Below are positions 17,495-26,813 of a DNA stretch of 64,000 nt, one piece after another; position 1 is the stretch's first letter; each line of letters begins with the position of its first letter. The stretch lies in sequence record NC_019406.1; one strand, 5' to 3'. Under the pieces are notes generated by a model. It made no database searches, was not told the DNA's origin, and saw nothing but the letters and a program-made list of their open reading frames with translations. A program made the position numbers and the translations under genes.

Positions 17495-18460
17495 TCAGGC
17501 CGTCAAGCGAGCCCCGGTAAGACCCGACAGGCGCACTCCGGCGCGACCGCTCATCACGCCCAGGGCGACCAGCCATTCGTAGCGCGTACGCTGCACCGGA
17601 ATGTGCTCGACGTAGCCCAGGTCATCCACCTGGACCGAACCGTTCTGGAGTCCGGTGACGCCGTGCTTGCCGATATTCAGTACGTAGGCATCCGTTTCCA
17701 AGATGGCTGGCTTACCTTCCAGGCGGTAATCGACGATCACGGTGACCGTGTTGTCCTCGTCGGCGGTGGTGTAGCGATAGGTGCCCTTAGTGCGCTTGAG
17801 CAGCCGACGCTTCTTCATGGCGTCGCGCATTTCGACCGAAACGAGAAGGTAGTTGGGATCGTCGACCATGGCGATTGCTTGGTCCAGGACAGTACGGCTG
17901 AGCACGCCGTTGACTTGGAAGTGCTGACCGCCCACGAAGCGCTGACGCAGCCCATCGGCGACGCGCGGATCGACGTCCGAGTCACCGTTCACTAGTGAGT
18001 TGGTCAGGTAGTAGGCCTTCTCACGCAGGTACATGCGGCGCTGCGCCGGCACGATCGCTTCGCCGTGAGTCTTGATGAGGGCCTTGTCGACGTCGCAGTC
18101 GCCGCCGGCGATTTTCAGGACTTCAACAGTGGGGTTGACCACGCCGACTCCGCTATTCATGGTCTCGGGGCGGCCCTTGAAGGCGATTCCAGGCAGCCAG
18201 CCCTCTTGGATATAGGTGAAGCTACCTCCCGCAATGTCGAGCCAGGGCAGCGCGCGCATCAGTTCGGATTCGGACAGATATTGGACGGCTTCAGCGTAGA
18301 GGTCGCCCGGCTTATCCTTAGCGGACCAGGGCGTACCGGCTTGCGCCGTGATGTTGGTGGTATCCATGGCCGGCGAAGCGGCAGCTTGGGTCGCAACGTT
18401 GAGCGCGGGAACGGCGACGAACAGGCCCAGCAGGGACTTAAAGAAGTTACGACGTTGCAC
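17495..18460 (-). CDS. Major capsid protein paralog (HK97-type) with N-terminal twin-arginine signal peptide (321 aa)
   Basis: AGGAG SD 6 nt before GTG 18460 gives MQRRNFFKSLLGLFVAVPALNVATQAAA. The body shares blocks with 39756-40688: GVGVVN, VEVLKI.GGD.DVDKALIKTHG, YVLNIG..GV.GLQNG, RTR.EWL, VMSGRA. Confidence 0.85.
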   Translation of the reverse strand: MQRRNFFKSLLGLFVAVPALNVATQAAASPAMDTTNITAQAGTPWSAKDKPGDLYAEAVQYLSESELMRALPWLDIAGGSFTYIQEGWLPGIAFKGRPETMNSGVGVVNPTVEVLKIAGGDCDVDKALIKTHGEAIVPAQRRMYLREKAYYLTNSLVNGDSDVDPRVADGLRQRFVGGQHFQVNGVLSRTVLDQAIAMVDDPNYLLVSVEMRDAMKKRRLLKRTKGTYRYTTADEDNTVTVIVDYRLEGKPAILETDAYVLNIGKHGVTGLQNGSVQVDDLGYVEHIPVQRTRYEWLVALGVMSGRAGVRLSGLTGARLTA

Positions 18461-18533
18461 CTGAATCTCCTGATTGATGGAACGGCTCAGGTTGTATCGC
18501 GTGCCAGTATGGCTGTCCATACATCGCGAGTGA

Positions 18534-19175
18534 TTAAGGAGTCCGATAGATCGCGGTCTTCTCGACATCCACGCGATAGCCCGGCATCGGGCCGATCTTC
18601 CGCTTCCCATCCATACGGATGCCGCCAAAGCGGTCACCGCGCGTGCTGTCGTACGGCGCCGGCGTCTCCGCCGCACCAACGCCCACTTCGTACCAGCCCT
18701 GGTCGGCCGTCTCGACCAGCAGGGTCGCGTGAGCCAACCCGATGCCGGGGCTCCACATCATCAGGATCATTCGGTCGCCGCCCTGCCCGGCCTTGTGGAG
18801 CCGCTCGGCCAGGGTGAGCGCGTAATCCTCGCAGTCGCCGCACAGGGTGTCATTGTCCCAGAAGTCCGCGTTGCCGATGCGCAGCTTGTCATCGCGGTAC
18901 TCGAACTTCTTGCGCATCTCCAGGTCGATCGAGATCACATCGGTCGATGCGAGCGCCTTGCCCGGCCCGCCGGCGCAGATCAACGCCTTCGGCGCACGTC
19001 GACAGAAGTACGCTAGCTCGTAAATGTTGATCGCTGCAACTCGCGCGGGCGAAATGGTCGAATTGACCGCGCCGCCGCGTACCGCGCCAATTAAAGGGAT
19101 TTCAGGGCACTGCGACGCGGCCGGCGAGCAGGACAGCAGGGCAAGGCAGGCGAGGAGTCCGGCGAGAATACGCAT
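18534..19175 (-). CDS. Predicted lipoprotein, transglutaminase-like cysteine protease (BTLCP / peptidase C93 / LapG-like)
   Basis: Signal MRILAGLLACLALLS-C (lipobox); catalytic-type motifs GDCEDYAL and HATLLV. Confidence 0.75.
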   Translation of the reverse strand: MRILAGLLACLALLSCSPAASQCPEIPLIGAVRGGAVNSTISPARVAAINIYELAYFCRRAPKALICAGGPGKALASTDVISIDLEMRKKFEYRDDKLRIGNADFWDNDTLCGDCEDYALTLAERLHKAGQGGDRMILMMWSPGIGLAHATLLVETADQGWYEVGVGAAETPAPYDSTRGDRFGGIRMDGKRKIGPMPGYRVDVEKTAIYRTP

Positions 19176-19240
19176 GACAGGAAGTCCGGCAGGAGAATGC
19201 CAGGAATCCTGTCACCATCAAACGTGACTCGCAAGTAATG

Positions 19241-19467
19241 AAAAACCCCGCCGAGACGCGGACGCCATCCCAGCGGGGTTCCTTCCCATCCTTGACTGGA
19301 GAGGGTCAAGAACGCCGCCGTTCTAGGCAACGCCTTGAGAAACGTCAAGCTGCGAAAGGAAAAGCCCGCCAGCGCGACATGGGGGGAGCGCTGACGGGCT
19401 AGGCGGTCCAGCGCGGTGGGGCCGACGCCGGAGACTTCTATAGAACAGGCGTCGAGATGCCTGTCAA
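19241..19467 (-). ncRNA. Candidate small RNA / attenuated leader: sigma70-like promoter followed by two terminator-type hairpins
   Basis: TTGACA at 19467-19462 with CTATAG -10; hairpins 19360-19400 and 19241-19280 end in T-runs on the minus strand. Confidence 0.45.
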
Positions 19468-19597
19468 CATGCGACCATGTCATCGCGCATAGAAAAAGCC
19501 CGGCGCTCTGGGTTTGCGCGCCGGGCCTCAACACTTGCTGCACAGGGAAGGCCCCTAGGTCTTAGGCCACCCTGAAGTCCTCTGGTGAAATCAAGAG

Positions 19598-19609
19598 CTA
19601 AGCGCGCAT
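19598..19609 (-). other. Three-codon minigene ATG CGC GCT TAG with perfect SD, inside a ~170-nt transcription unit
   Basis: AGGAGG 5 nt upstream; promoter TTGACA-N17-TAGCGT at 19696-19668; terminator 19493-19526. Confidence 0.45.
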
Positions 19610-19813
19610 GACAGCCTCCTGTGACGAGTTTCTGGGAAATCCCTCAGGTTTCCTGTGTGAAGTCTTCACGCTAGAGATGCCCTTAGAAGGTGTCAACCAG
19701 AAAAGCACGTGGGGTTCAAAAATCCTGGCATTTCAACCTCAGCGTTAACATGTCTTATTTCGTGGCGCTCGATTTTTAGCTTGACAGCGTGACTGGCACG
19801 TTCCCGAGCAACG

Positions 19814-19850
19814 TGCCAGTTTTCTTGACATGCCCTGTTAACCATGTCAT
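19814..19850 (+). promoter_or_regulatory. Portal promoter candidate TGCCAG-N5-TTGACA with TTAACCAT CtrA half-site
   Basis: Same architecture at 30406, 38510, 41861, 42951, 58709. Confidence 0.6.
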
Positions 19851-19956
19851 CCGTGGCGTCGATCAGGGCCGCGTGCCCTGGTTCCCTCCTTCGTCATAAG
19901 CCTTGGGCGGGGTCCGTGAGTAGAGTTTTGGACCTCGCCCACTTTTTCAAAAGAAC

Positions 19957-21942
19957 ATGGCTGGTCTTTCACCCAACTCCGCGAACATTCGACGCACGAA
20001 GCGTGGCGCTCAACAGTTCACGCACCTCGTGGTCCATCCGGAGTACGAGTATTATCGTCCGGATTGGGCGAAGATTCGCGACGCCATCGCCGGCGAACGC
20101 GAGATCAAGGCTCAGGGTGTCAAGTACCTGAAGGCCCCGAAGGGCTTTGACGACGAAGACTACGCGAACTACCTCGATCGCGCCGCCTTCTACAACATGA
20201 CGTCGCAGACGCAGGCCGGCATGGTCGGTCAGATTTTCCGCCGTCCGCCCGTCATCCGTAACCTCCCCAACACGGGCGCGATCACGGGCCGTGATGCCGA
20301 AGGTGGTGTCCAGGTCGTGGCGCCGGCGTCGATCGGCAAGCTACTCACTCAGCTTCAACGCTTCGCCAAGGACGGCACGTCCCACCAGGGTTTCGCCAAG
20401 ACGGTCGCGCTGGAGCAGGTGGCGATGGGCCGTTTCGGCGCCCTGGTCGATGTGGCTCCAAGCAGCGATCCCACCGCGCCGGCGAAGTCCTACACGGTCG
20501 GCTACGCCGCCGAGAACATCGTCGACTGGACCGTAGAGGACGTCGACGGTTTCTACGTCCCGACCCGCATTCTGCTGCGTGAGTTCGAGCGCGTGGATGA
20601 GCACGCCACGCCGTCGCAGCAAAATCCCTGGATCGGACGCGAAGGCAGCGAGACTGCCCAGCGCACGAGTGGCGGTCGCCGCGCCGGCCTCGCGGAACGC
20701 CAGGGCTCGGCCCGTGCTGACGCGCTGGCTCGCCCGTCGCGCTTCACCAGCAGCTACACCTTCCGCACGATCTACCGCGAACTGATCCTGGAACTCCAGA
20801 AGGACGGCAGCCGGGTCTACAAGCAGTTCGTCTACGTCGAGGACCCGCTGGGCCAAGCCCGCGACGTCTACACTCCCATGGTGCGCGGGCGCACCCTCCC
20901 CTTCATCCCCTTCGTGTTCTTCGGCTCCATGTCGAACGCGGCCGACTGCGAAAAGCCGCCGCTGCTCGACATCGTCGAATTGAACCTGAAGCACTATCGC
21001 ACCTACGCCGAACTGGAGCACGGCCGCTTCTTCACGGCGCTGCCCACCTACTATGCACCCGAACTCGACGACTCCGACGCCTCGGAATATCACATTGGTC
21101 CGGGCCGGGTCTGGGTTGTCGACAAGGAGAGCGGCATCCCCGGCATCATCGAGTTCAAGGGCGAGGGTCTGAAGACCCTGGAGCGCGCCCTGAACGAGAA
21201 GGAGCAGCAGATCGCCGCGATCGGCGGACGCCTGATGCCCGGCATGTCCAAGTCGGTCTCCGAGTCGGACAACCAATCGGCGCTGCGTGAAGCCAACGAG
21301 CAGTCGCTGCTTCTGAACGTCATCATGGCGCTCGAAGACGGCATGACCTCGGTCGTTCGTTACTGGCTAATGTTCCGCGACATCCCGCTGACCGACACCG
21401 CGACGCTCCGCTACGAGATCGACGCGACCTTCCTGACGACGGCCCTGGACGCCCGCGCCCTGCGCGCGATCCAGCAACTCTACGAAGGTGGCCTGCTGCC
21501 GATCGACGCTCTGTACGAGAACTTCGTCAAGAACGGCATCATCCCATCGACCCAGACGCTGGAAGAATTCACGATCAAGATGAACGATCCGAAGTCGTTC
21601 ATTGGTCAGCCGGACGCGATCGCGATGCGTCGTGGCTACGTCAGCCGCCAGCAGGAACTGGATCAGCAGCGCGCGGCCCGCGACGCCGACTTCCAGCAGC
21701 AGGAACTGGAGCAGGCCGAGCGCCATCTGGAGATCGACGAGGAGAAGCTGCGCATCTCCGCCAAGGTCGGTTCGACCAGCGTGGCCGCGAGCCGCAAGTT
21801 GGGCGATCCCGAGCAAGCCAAGCCGTCCAAGGCCGAGCAGGCTCAGATCGACGCCCAGCAGAAGCAGGCCGCCGCCAAGCCTGTCACGCCCACCCCCGGC
21901 ACCGTCCAACGCGGCCGTCCGCCGCAAAATGGAGCGAGCTAA
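19957..21942 (+). CDS. Portal protein (DUF4055-type)
   Basis: PDWAKIRDAIAGE...YLDRAAFYN motif, 661 aa, position upstream of head genes. Confidence 0.85.
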   Translation: MAGLSPNSANIRRTKRGAQQFTHLVVHPEYEYYRPDWAKIRDAIAGEREIKAQGVKYLKAPKGFDDEDYANYLDRAAFYNMTSQTQAGMVGQIFRRPPVIRNLPNTGAITGRDAEGGVQVVAPASIGKLLTQLQRFAKDGTSHQGFAKTVALEQVAMGRFGALVDVAPSSDPTAPAKSYTVGYAAENIVDWTVEDVDGFYVPTRILLREFERVDEHATPSQQNPWIGREGSETAQRTSGGRRAGLAERQGSARADALARPSRFTSSYTFRTIYRELILELQKDGSRVYKQFVYVEDPLGQARDVYTPMVRGRTLPFIPFVFFGSMSNAADCEKPPLLDIVELNLKHYRTYAELEHGRFFTALPTYYAPELDDSDASEYHIGPGRVWVVDKESGIPGIIEFKGEGLKTLERALNEKEQQIAAIGGRLMPGMSKSVSESDNQSALREANEQSLLLNVIMALEDGMTSVVRYWLMFRDIPLTDTATLRYEIDATFLTTALDARALRAIQQLYEGGLLPIDALYENFVKNGIIPSTQTLEEFTIKMNDPKSFIGQPDAIAMRRGYVSRQQELDQQRAARDADFQQQELEQAERHLEIDEEKLRISAKVGSTSVAASRKLGDPEQAKPSKAEQAQIDAQQKQAAAKPVTPTPGTVQRGRPPQNGAS

Positions 21943-22337
21943 TGATTCTCCCGACTCACGATGAGGCCATTTTCCGTCCGGATCGTCAGGAGACGATCGC
22001 TGCTGCTCATGAACTTCTGGCGGGTGACCAGACGGTGGTCGAACTCATCTACCGTAAGGTCGCTGACTTGTGGACGGATACGAAGCAGGCTGCGCATGCC
22101 TTCAGTGATGCCGAGTATCGACGCGCGCGTGCTCGGGCTGCCCTGGAAGAAGCACAGGCAGAATACGACGAAGCGTCCAAGGCATTTTCCGCAGCCAAGG
22201 ATGCTTCGATCCAAACCATGCGTGACGCCGGCGTCATCATGCACCTCGCGCGCATCGCCTCTCTGGGCGGCAGCGAAGTTTCCTGGATGGTCTACAACCG
22301 CGAGTTCCGCCCTGATCCGGTGAAGGACGAAGCCTGA
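21942..22337 (+). CDS. Hypothetical protein (131 aa)
   Basis: TAATG coupling to portal. Confidence 0.75.
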   Translation: MILPTHDEAIFRPDRQETIAAAHELLAGDQTVVELIYRKVADLWTDTKQAAHAFSDAEYRRARARAALEEAQAEYDEASKAFSAAKDASIQTMRDAGVIMHLARIASLGGSEVSWMVYNREFRPDPVKDEA

Positions 22338-22462
22338 TGGCCCTCACCCTCAACGACGCAGCGTCCATGTCGCCCGGCGGCCAGCCGGGCAGCAAGACCT
22401 GCAAGCCCATGCCCGGCGGCAAGCCGCCGATGAAGCGCTCCAAGCCTGGAAAGAAGAAGTGA
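22337..22462 (+). CDS. Small basic protein (41 aa)
   Basis: TGATG coupling; MALTLNDAAS...KPGKKK. Confidence 0.5.
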   Translation: MALTLNDAASMSPGGQPGSKTCKPMPGGKPPMKRSKPGKKK

Positions 22463-22755
22463 CCGACAAGACCGAAACCGCCGAGACGACTGAAGTCGTC
22501 CTCACGCCGCCCGAACTGCTCGCCCTGGAGTGGCTGAAGACGTTCCACAAGGACACCGGCGCCGAGTGGTCGACCGAGGCGCAATGGCGCGCTTACGCCG
22601 ACCGCCCGACCATCACTCCGGACGCCAACCGCGCGCGCGGCTTCCGCATCCCGCCGATGCTGGAGAAGGGCGTCATCGAGATGACCACCGCCAACATCCA
22701 CATCGCCCGGTACGGCGTGCAGCCCGATCCGGTCGCGCTGTACCGTCCGGTCTAG
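22459..22755 (+). CDS. Hypothetical protein (98 aa)
   Basis: GTGA overlap. Confidence 0.7.
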   Translation: MTDKTETAETTEVVLTPPELLALEWLKTFHKDTGAEWSTEAQWRAYADRPTITPDANRARGFRIPPMLEKGVIEMTTANIHIARYGVQPDPVALYRPV

Positions 22756-22777
22756 TTTCAGTACCCAGCGTATCGCC

Positions 22778-22975
22778 ATGTCACGTCGTTACTCCGATCT
22801 CGATGACCTGATCCAAGACCTGGATTCGAACGGGTCACTATCCGACGACCCGTTCGGCATCGCCGGCTTCGACGACGATGATCTTGCCCTGCTCGGCCAC
22901 GTGTCCCCCGACGCGCCACGCCGAGCCCCCAAGAAGCCCGCCGCTCCTAAGCGCGGGCGTCCGAAGAAGGACTAG
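22778..22975 (+). CDS. Acidic/basic bipartite small protein (65 aa)
   Basis: ORF track; codon use. Confidence 0.65.
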   Translation: MSRRYSDLDDLIQDLDSNGSLSDDPFGIAGFDDDDLALLGHVSPDAPRRAPKKPAAPKRGRPKKD

Positions 22976-22980
22976 CCCCG

Positions 22981-23319
22981 ATGCACTATGCTGTGGCTGA
23001 AGCCGACTACGATCGCTGGATCGAAACCAAGGTCGCCGAGGCCCGCGCTGAACTGGAACTCGGTCTGGGCATCCCCTCCGAGGTGGTGGAAGCCTACTTC
23101 GCCGGCCGCCGCGCCAAGGCGGACCACCAGACGGCGATCGATCTGGCTACGCAGAAGCGCACCGACGACTTGCGCGCCATCGCGCTGCGTCAGGCCGTCG
23201 ACGCCCAGGCCGGCAAGTTCGAACGCGACGGAGACGCGCTGGACGCCTCCTACGTCATCCAATCCGCCCGACAGTTCTACGCCTTCCTGTCCGGCGATAC
23301 CCCGACCTCTGAAGGCTAA
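22981..23319 (+). CDS. Protein with N-terminal PaaA2-like antitoxin motif (112 aa)
   Basis: YDRWIETKVAEARAELELGLGIPSEVVEAYFAGRRA resembles the YDAWFRAKV...IPHEEV antitoxin pattern. Confidence 0.5.
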   Translation: MHYAVAEADYDRWIETKVAEARAELELGLGIPSEVVEAYFAGRRAKADHQTAIDLATQKRTDDLRAIALRQAVDAQAGKFERDGDALDASYVIQSARQFYAFLSGDTPTSEG

Positions 23320-23330
23320 AGGAGCTTCCC

Positions 23331-23992
23331 GTGGAAGAGTTCTTCAACAACGCTGTGACCCAGGTCAAGACCGTCGTCAACCAGACCAAGACGGCCGCGA
23401 TCATCATCTTCGTCGCCGGCCTGCTGACCGGCTGCGTCTTCGGCTAAGCCGATGGCCCGAACCGACGAACGTCGCCGAGATTTCGGAGCCGGCGCCATCT
23501 TCATGGCGGTGATCGAGTTCCTCTGCGACGTCGTCGGTTCACTCGCCGAGTCCTGCTGGGGTGATTGATGGACTTTGAGTACCGGGGCCGCCGGCCCGAA
23601 GACGCGTTCATGTCGTGGGTCTGGCATCATCCTCGTGTGGCGTTGGCTGTGGCCTTCGGCATCATGAGCGGTATCCCGGCGCTCGTAGGGTTCCTGATGG
23701 GGCTCGCACTATGAGCGGCTTTCCCTTTCCCCTGCCGATCCTCCTCGTGAGGATCAACATGTACGAGACCGACTTCGCCGAAGTGCTGGAGGGCACCCTG
23801 GTTGAGACGGTCGAAGCGTTCGACACGGAAGCTCTCCGAGACTCCTACGAGGCGGTGATGATCGCCTGGAGCCATTACGCCGCGCACGACGACAGCGTGA
23901 TGAAGGAAGATACCCGGCGCCGCCTTGTCGACTGGATCAACCTGACTGTCTGCCCGCGCATCGCACGGGGGCGACTGCCCATTTGGCTGTGA
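23331..23992 (+). CDS. Run of four short coupled ORFs (23331-23447, 23452-23568, 23568-23714, 23711-23992), two with TM helices
   Basis: Start/stop overlaps; hydrophobic segments IIIFVAGLLTGC and ALAVAFGIMSGIPALVGFLMGLAL. Confidence 0.55.
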
Positions 23993-23995
23993 CGA

Positions 23996-25048
23996 ATGAC
24001 CGACTCCTACAACTCCACGCCCGGCGCGGATTTCTACGAAGACCATCCTATCCTGGGCGGCGGCGTCCCTGAACCGGCATCCACCGTTCATTATGTGTCG
24101 ACGCCCAACGCGGACGCGTTTTGCAAGACGACCGGGACACTCGTGTCGAACGAAGCCGCCGGCGACGCCTGGGCGGCGGCCCATTCCATCATCGACAGCT
24201 TCGTGAGTCAGGACACGACGACCACGGTCGTCAACGAATATGTGCCGGCCATGCTGCGTACGGACGAAGCGGTCATCCCGCTGTCGCGCGAGCGCACGAT
24301 CCTCCTGGAATCCACTTCCGACCTCATGAAGGAGCGTGACGCAATGCGCGCGGCCTCCAACGAGTCCTCGGCCGAAATCGCACGGCTTGAAGCGCGGCTC
24401 GTCGACCTCGTGGACAAGAACGCCCGCTACAGCCACGCGCTGCGTGCCTCCACAAAGGAGTTGAATGAAGCGAAGACCACGTTGGCGGAGCGCGACGCGG
24501 CATACCACGCCGCTTTGTTCGACGCTCGCGACGCCCGCTTCACCCTGGGCGCCCTGCGACGCACGCTGACCGAAAAGGAGAACGAGCAGTTCGAAGAAGG
24601 CCTGCGACATCTCCACGTCGCGGAAGCCAACGAGCGCGACATCGAAGATGCGGAGCGTGAGAACGCACATCTTCAGACCGAGATGTCCAAGCAGCGTGCG
24701 GAATTCACGGCGCGTTACAAGGCGACCAATCAGCAAATCGACGCCCTGCTGACTACGATCGCTAACGCCGGAGTCGACCACGCCACGCTCGTCGCTGACG
24801 TCCACACGCAGATCGGCATTATGTTGGAGGCGGGCAAGATCGAAAGCGACTATCACCGCAACCGCAACGAGATGGAGCGCAACAAGCAGACCATCTTCCG
24901 CGCCAAGCAGATCGCTGCCGAACATGCCCTTTCCGGCCGCGCCCTGATCTGCGCTGCCTTCGCGCGCTCTCCCGAACTGCCGAGCAAGCCGAAGCTGACG
25001 GTCGACGAGAAGCTGGCCCTAGCCAACCTTCAGTCCATGGAGGAATAA
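23996..25048 (+). CDS. Coiled-coil hypothetical protein (350 aa)
   Basis: Heptad-rich central region. Confidence 0.8.
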   Translation: MTDSYNSTPGADFYEDHPILGGGVPEPASTVHYVSTPNADAFCKTTGTLVSNEAAGDAWAAAHSIIDSFVSQDTTTTVVNEYVPAMLRTDEAVIPLSRERTILLESTSDLMKERDAMRAASNESSAEIARLEARLVDLVDKNARYSHALRASTKELNEAKTTLAERDAAYHAALFDARDARFTLGALRRTLTEKENEQFEEGLRHLHVAEANERDIEDAERENAHLQTEMSKQRAEFTARYKATNQQIDALLTTIANAGVDHATLVADVHTQIGIMLEAGKIESDYHRNRNEMERNKQTIFRAKQIAAEHALSGRALICAAFARSPELPSKPKLTVDEKLALANLQSMEE

Positions 25049-25600
25049 ATGACCGACGTCCCTACCAAGCGTCCGATCACCGTCACCGTTACGAGCACCG
25101 AACCCGGCGCTGGCAAGACCACGCTGATCGCTCTGATCGGTCACGCGCTGCACAACACCGGCCACAGCGTGAAGGTGCCTCCTCAGAGCGCTGGCCCGCT
25201 GCATACTCGCAGCCTCGAAGAATTTTTCGACGTGACGTTCCTGGAGTCCGAAGGCCCGATCTATACGCCGCGCCAACTGGAATGGGAAATCGCGCGCCGC
25301 GTCGACGACATGAAGGCGGCCCATGACGCGAAGATCGCTGAGTTCCGGCAGGCCAACATCGAACTGCTGAAGCGCCTCGAAGATCAGCGCCACGAAATCG
25401 AGGCGACCATCGTGAAGCGTACCGAGGCGATGCGCCAATCGTACGAGCAGCGCTTGGAAGCGATGTCGGCGGAAACGCATGAACTGCGTCGCGCCGAGTC
25501 GTTCGCCAGCAACGATGCCCAGCAGGCCCGCAACGCCCTGGCCGAGACCGCCATCATCATCGCGGGTCTGCATCAAGACCGCCGCCTTCAGAAGGGTTGA
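25049..25600 (+). CDS. Protein with P-loop-like N-terminus and coiled coil (183 aa)
   Basis: STEPGAGKTT; GGAGG SD. Confidence 0.75.
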   Translation: MTDVPTKRPITVTVTSTEPGAGKTTLIALIGHALHNTGHSVKVPPQSAGPLHTRSLEEFFDVTFLESEGPIYTPRQLEWEIARRVDDMKAAHDAKIAEFRQANIELLKRLEDQRHEIEATIVKRTEAMRQSYEQRLEAMSAETHELRRAESFASNDAQQARNALAETAIIIAGLHQDRRLQKG

Positions 25601-25602
25601 TC

Positions 25603-26286
25603 ATGCCCGAAGTTCTTTCGCCAGAATCATACGCCTCGATCCAGGAACTGGCGCGCGACGCTCAGCGTGATCTGCAAGCCGCGCAGGATCAGTTGAAGGT
25701 TAAGGCGCGTGAGGTGCGCCTGAAGCTGTGGGCCGTCTCGGATGCGGAGTCCGACGCAAAGCGCCTGATCGCCGATGCGGAGCGCGCTCACCTGAACGCC
25801 AAGCAGGATTTCCGCGCCTATCAAGCCCACGCCGAAAAGATGGCCGATCGCGTCCACAAGTTGAACGACCTGATCCGGCAGAACAACATCGATCAGCATC
25901 CTCACAAGGCTTCTGCTCTGAATTGGGCCGAAGCCCATCCCGAGTACACCCTGGACCTGACGCAATCCTACAAGGTGCTGGTCAACCGCGCCGGCCGCTA
26001 CATCGGCGAGGTCTCCTGCATTCGCCCCCACGTCGACACGTGGACCTTCCTCTTCGCGCCCTATCGCTGCGTCGAGATGAAGGCGATCGGTCCGTTCGAA
26101 TACCTCGAAGACGCGCTGGATGCCGCGACGACCGTCACTCCGTACGAGCCTGACATCCACACGGACGCTGCGTTCGGCGCCGGCGTCGCGGACAAGGCGT
26201 TTCTGCCTCCCGTCTACAGCCCGACGTTTGAGCAGGCCGGCATCGACAACAACAACGCGGCCTGCGCAGTCGCAGAGGGAGCCTAA
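25603..26286 (+). CDS. Hypothetical protein (227 aa)
   Basis: Operon-like spacing. Confidence 0.8.
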   Translation: MPEVLSPESYASIQELARDAQRDLQAAQDQLKVKAREVRLKLWAVSDAESDAKRLIADAERAHLNAKQDFRAYQAHAEKMADRVHKLNDLIRQNNIDQHPHKASALNWAEAHPEYTLDLTQSYKVLVNRAGRYIGEVSCIRPHVDTWTFLFAPYRCVEMKAIGPFEYLEDALDAATTVTPYEPDIHTDAAFGAGVADKAFLPPVYSPTFEQAGIDNNNAACAVAEGA

Positions 26287-26288
26287 TC

Positions 26289-26810
26289 ATGTGCGTAGTT
26301 TCCGCAGTCATGGACTACGGCCAGCAACTCTGGCCTCAGCCGCAAAAGCCCTGGATGACTCCGCTGGTCCCGGACATCCCGATCGACATCGCGCCGGACA
26401 AGCCGCTCACCCTGAAGGATTTCGCCAAGAAGGAGGAGGGTCGCCTGCCGACGGCTGCTGAGATCAAGGCGTTCAAGAAGCTGGTCGATGCGGCCGAGCG
26501 CTTCGACGCGATCGCCAACCAGCCGCACTGCGAGGACCCGGAGAAGATCAAGCTGCTCCAGCGCCTCGAAGAGCGACTGGCTCGCATCGAGGCCGCAGTC
26601 GGTGCTCCTGGTCCGGACGATCTGATTCAGGTCCACGCCCACACGCTGGAAGCTGCCCGCGTGTTCTACAGCTACCTGACCAGCAGTATCTCCGCCCACG
26701 TCGACTTCTCTGTCGTGTCGGCCGGCGTCCTTCAATCCCATCCTGAGGCGGATGTCGTGGAAGCCGAGCGTCGCGCTCGTGCTGCCTACGATCTCCTGCA
26801 CGAGGTTTAA
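26289..26810 (+). CDS. Hypothetical protein (173 aa; MCVVSAVMDYG N-terminus)
   Basis: GAGGGAG SD. Confidence 0.8.
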   Translation: MCVVSAVMDYGQQLWPQPQKPWMTPLVPDIPIDIAPDKPLTLKDFAKKEEGRLPTAAEIKAFKKLVDAAERFDAIANQPHCEDPEKIKLLQRLEERLARIEAAVGAPGPDDLIQVHAHTLEAARVFYSYLTSSISAHVDFSVVSAGVLQSHPEADVVEAERRARAAYDLLHEV

Positions 26811-26813
26811 GCC

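Noticed and set aside
17495-18679. 394-aa version of the capsid paralog starting at 18679
   Set aside because: The extension overlaps the protease gene and has no SD; GTG 18460 has AGGAG at ideal spacing.
19586-19609. Amber (TAG) recoding suggested by the Met-Arg-Ala-TAG minigene
   Set aside because: TAG ends many ordinary genes in the window, and no suppressor tRNA (CTA) is among the 22 tRNAs seen.
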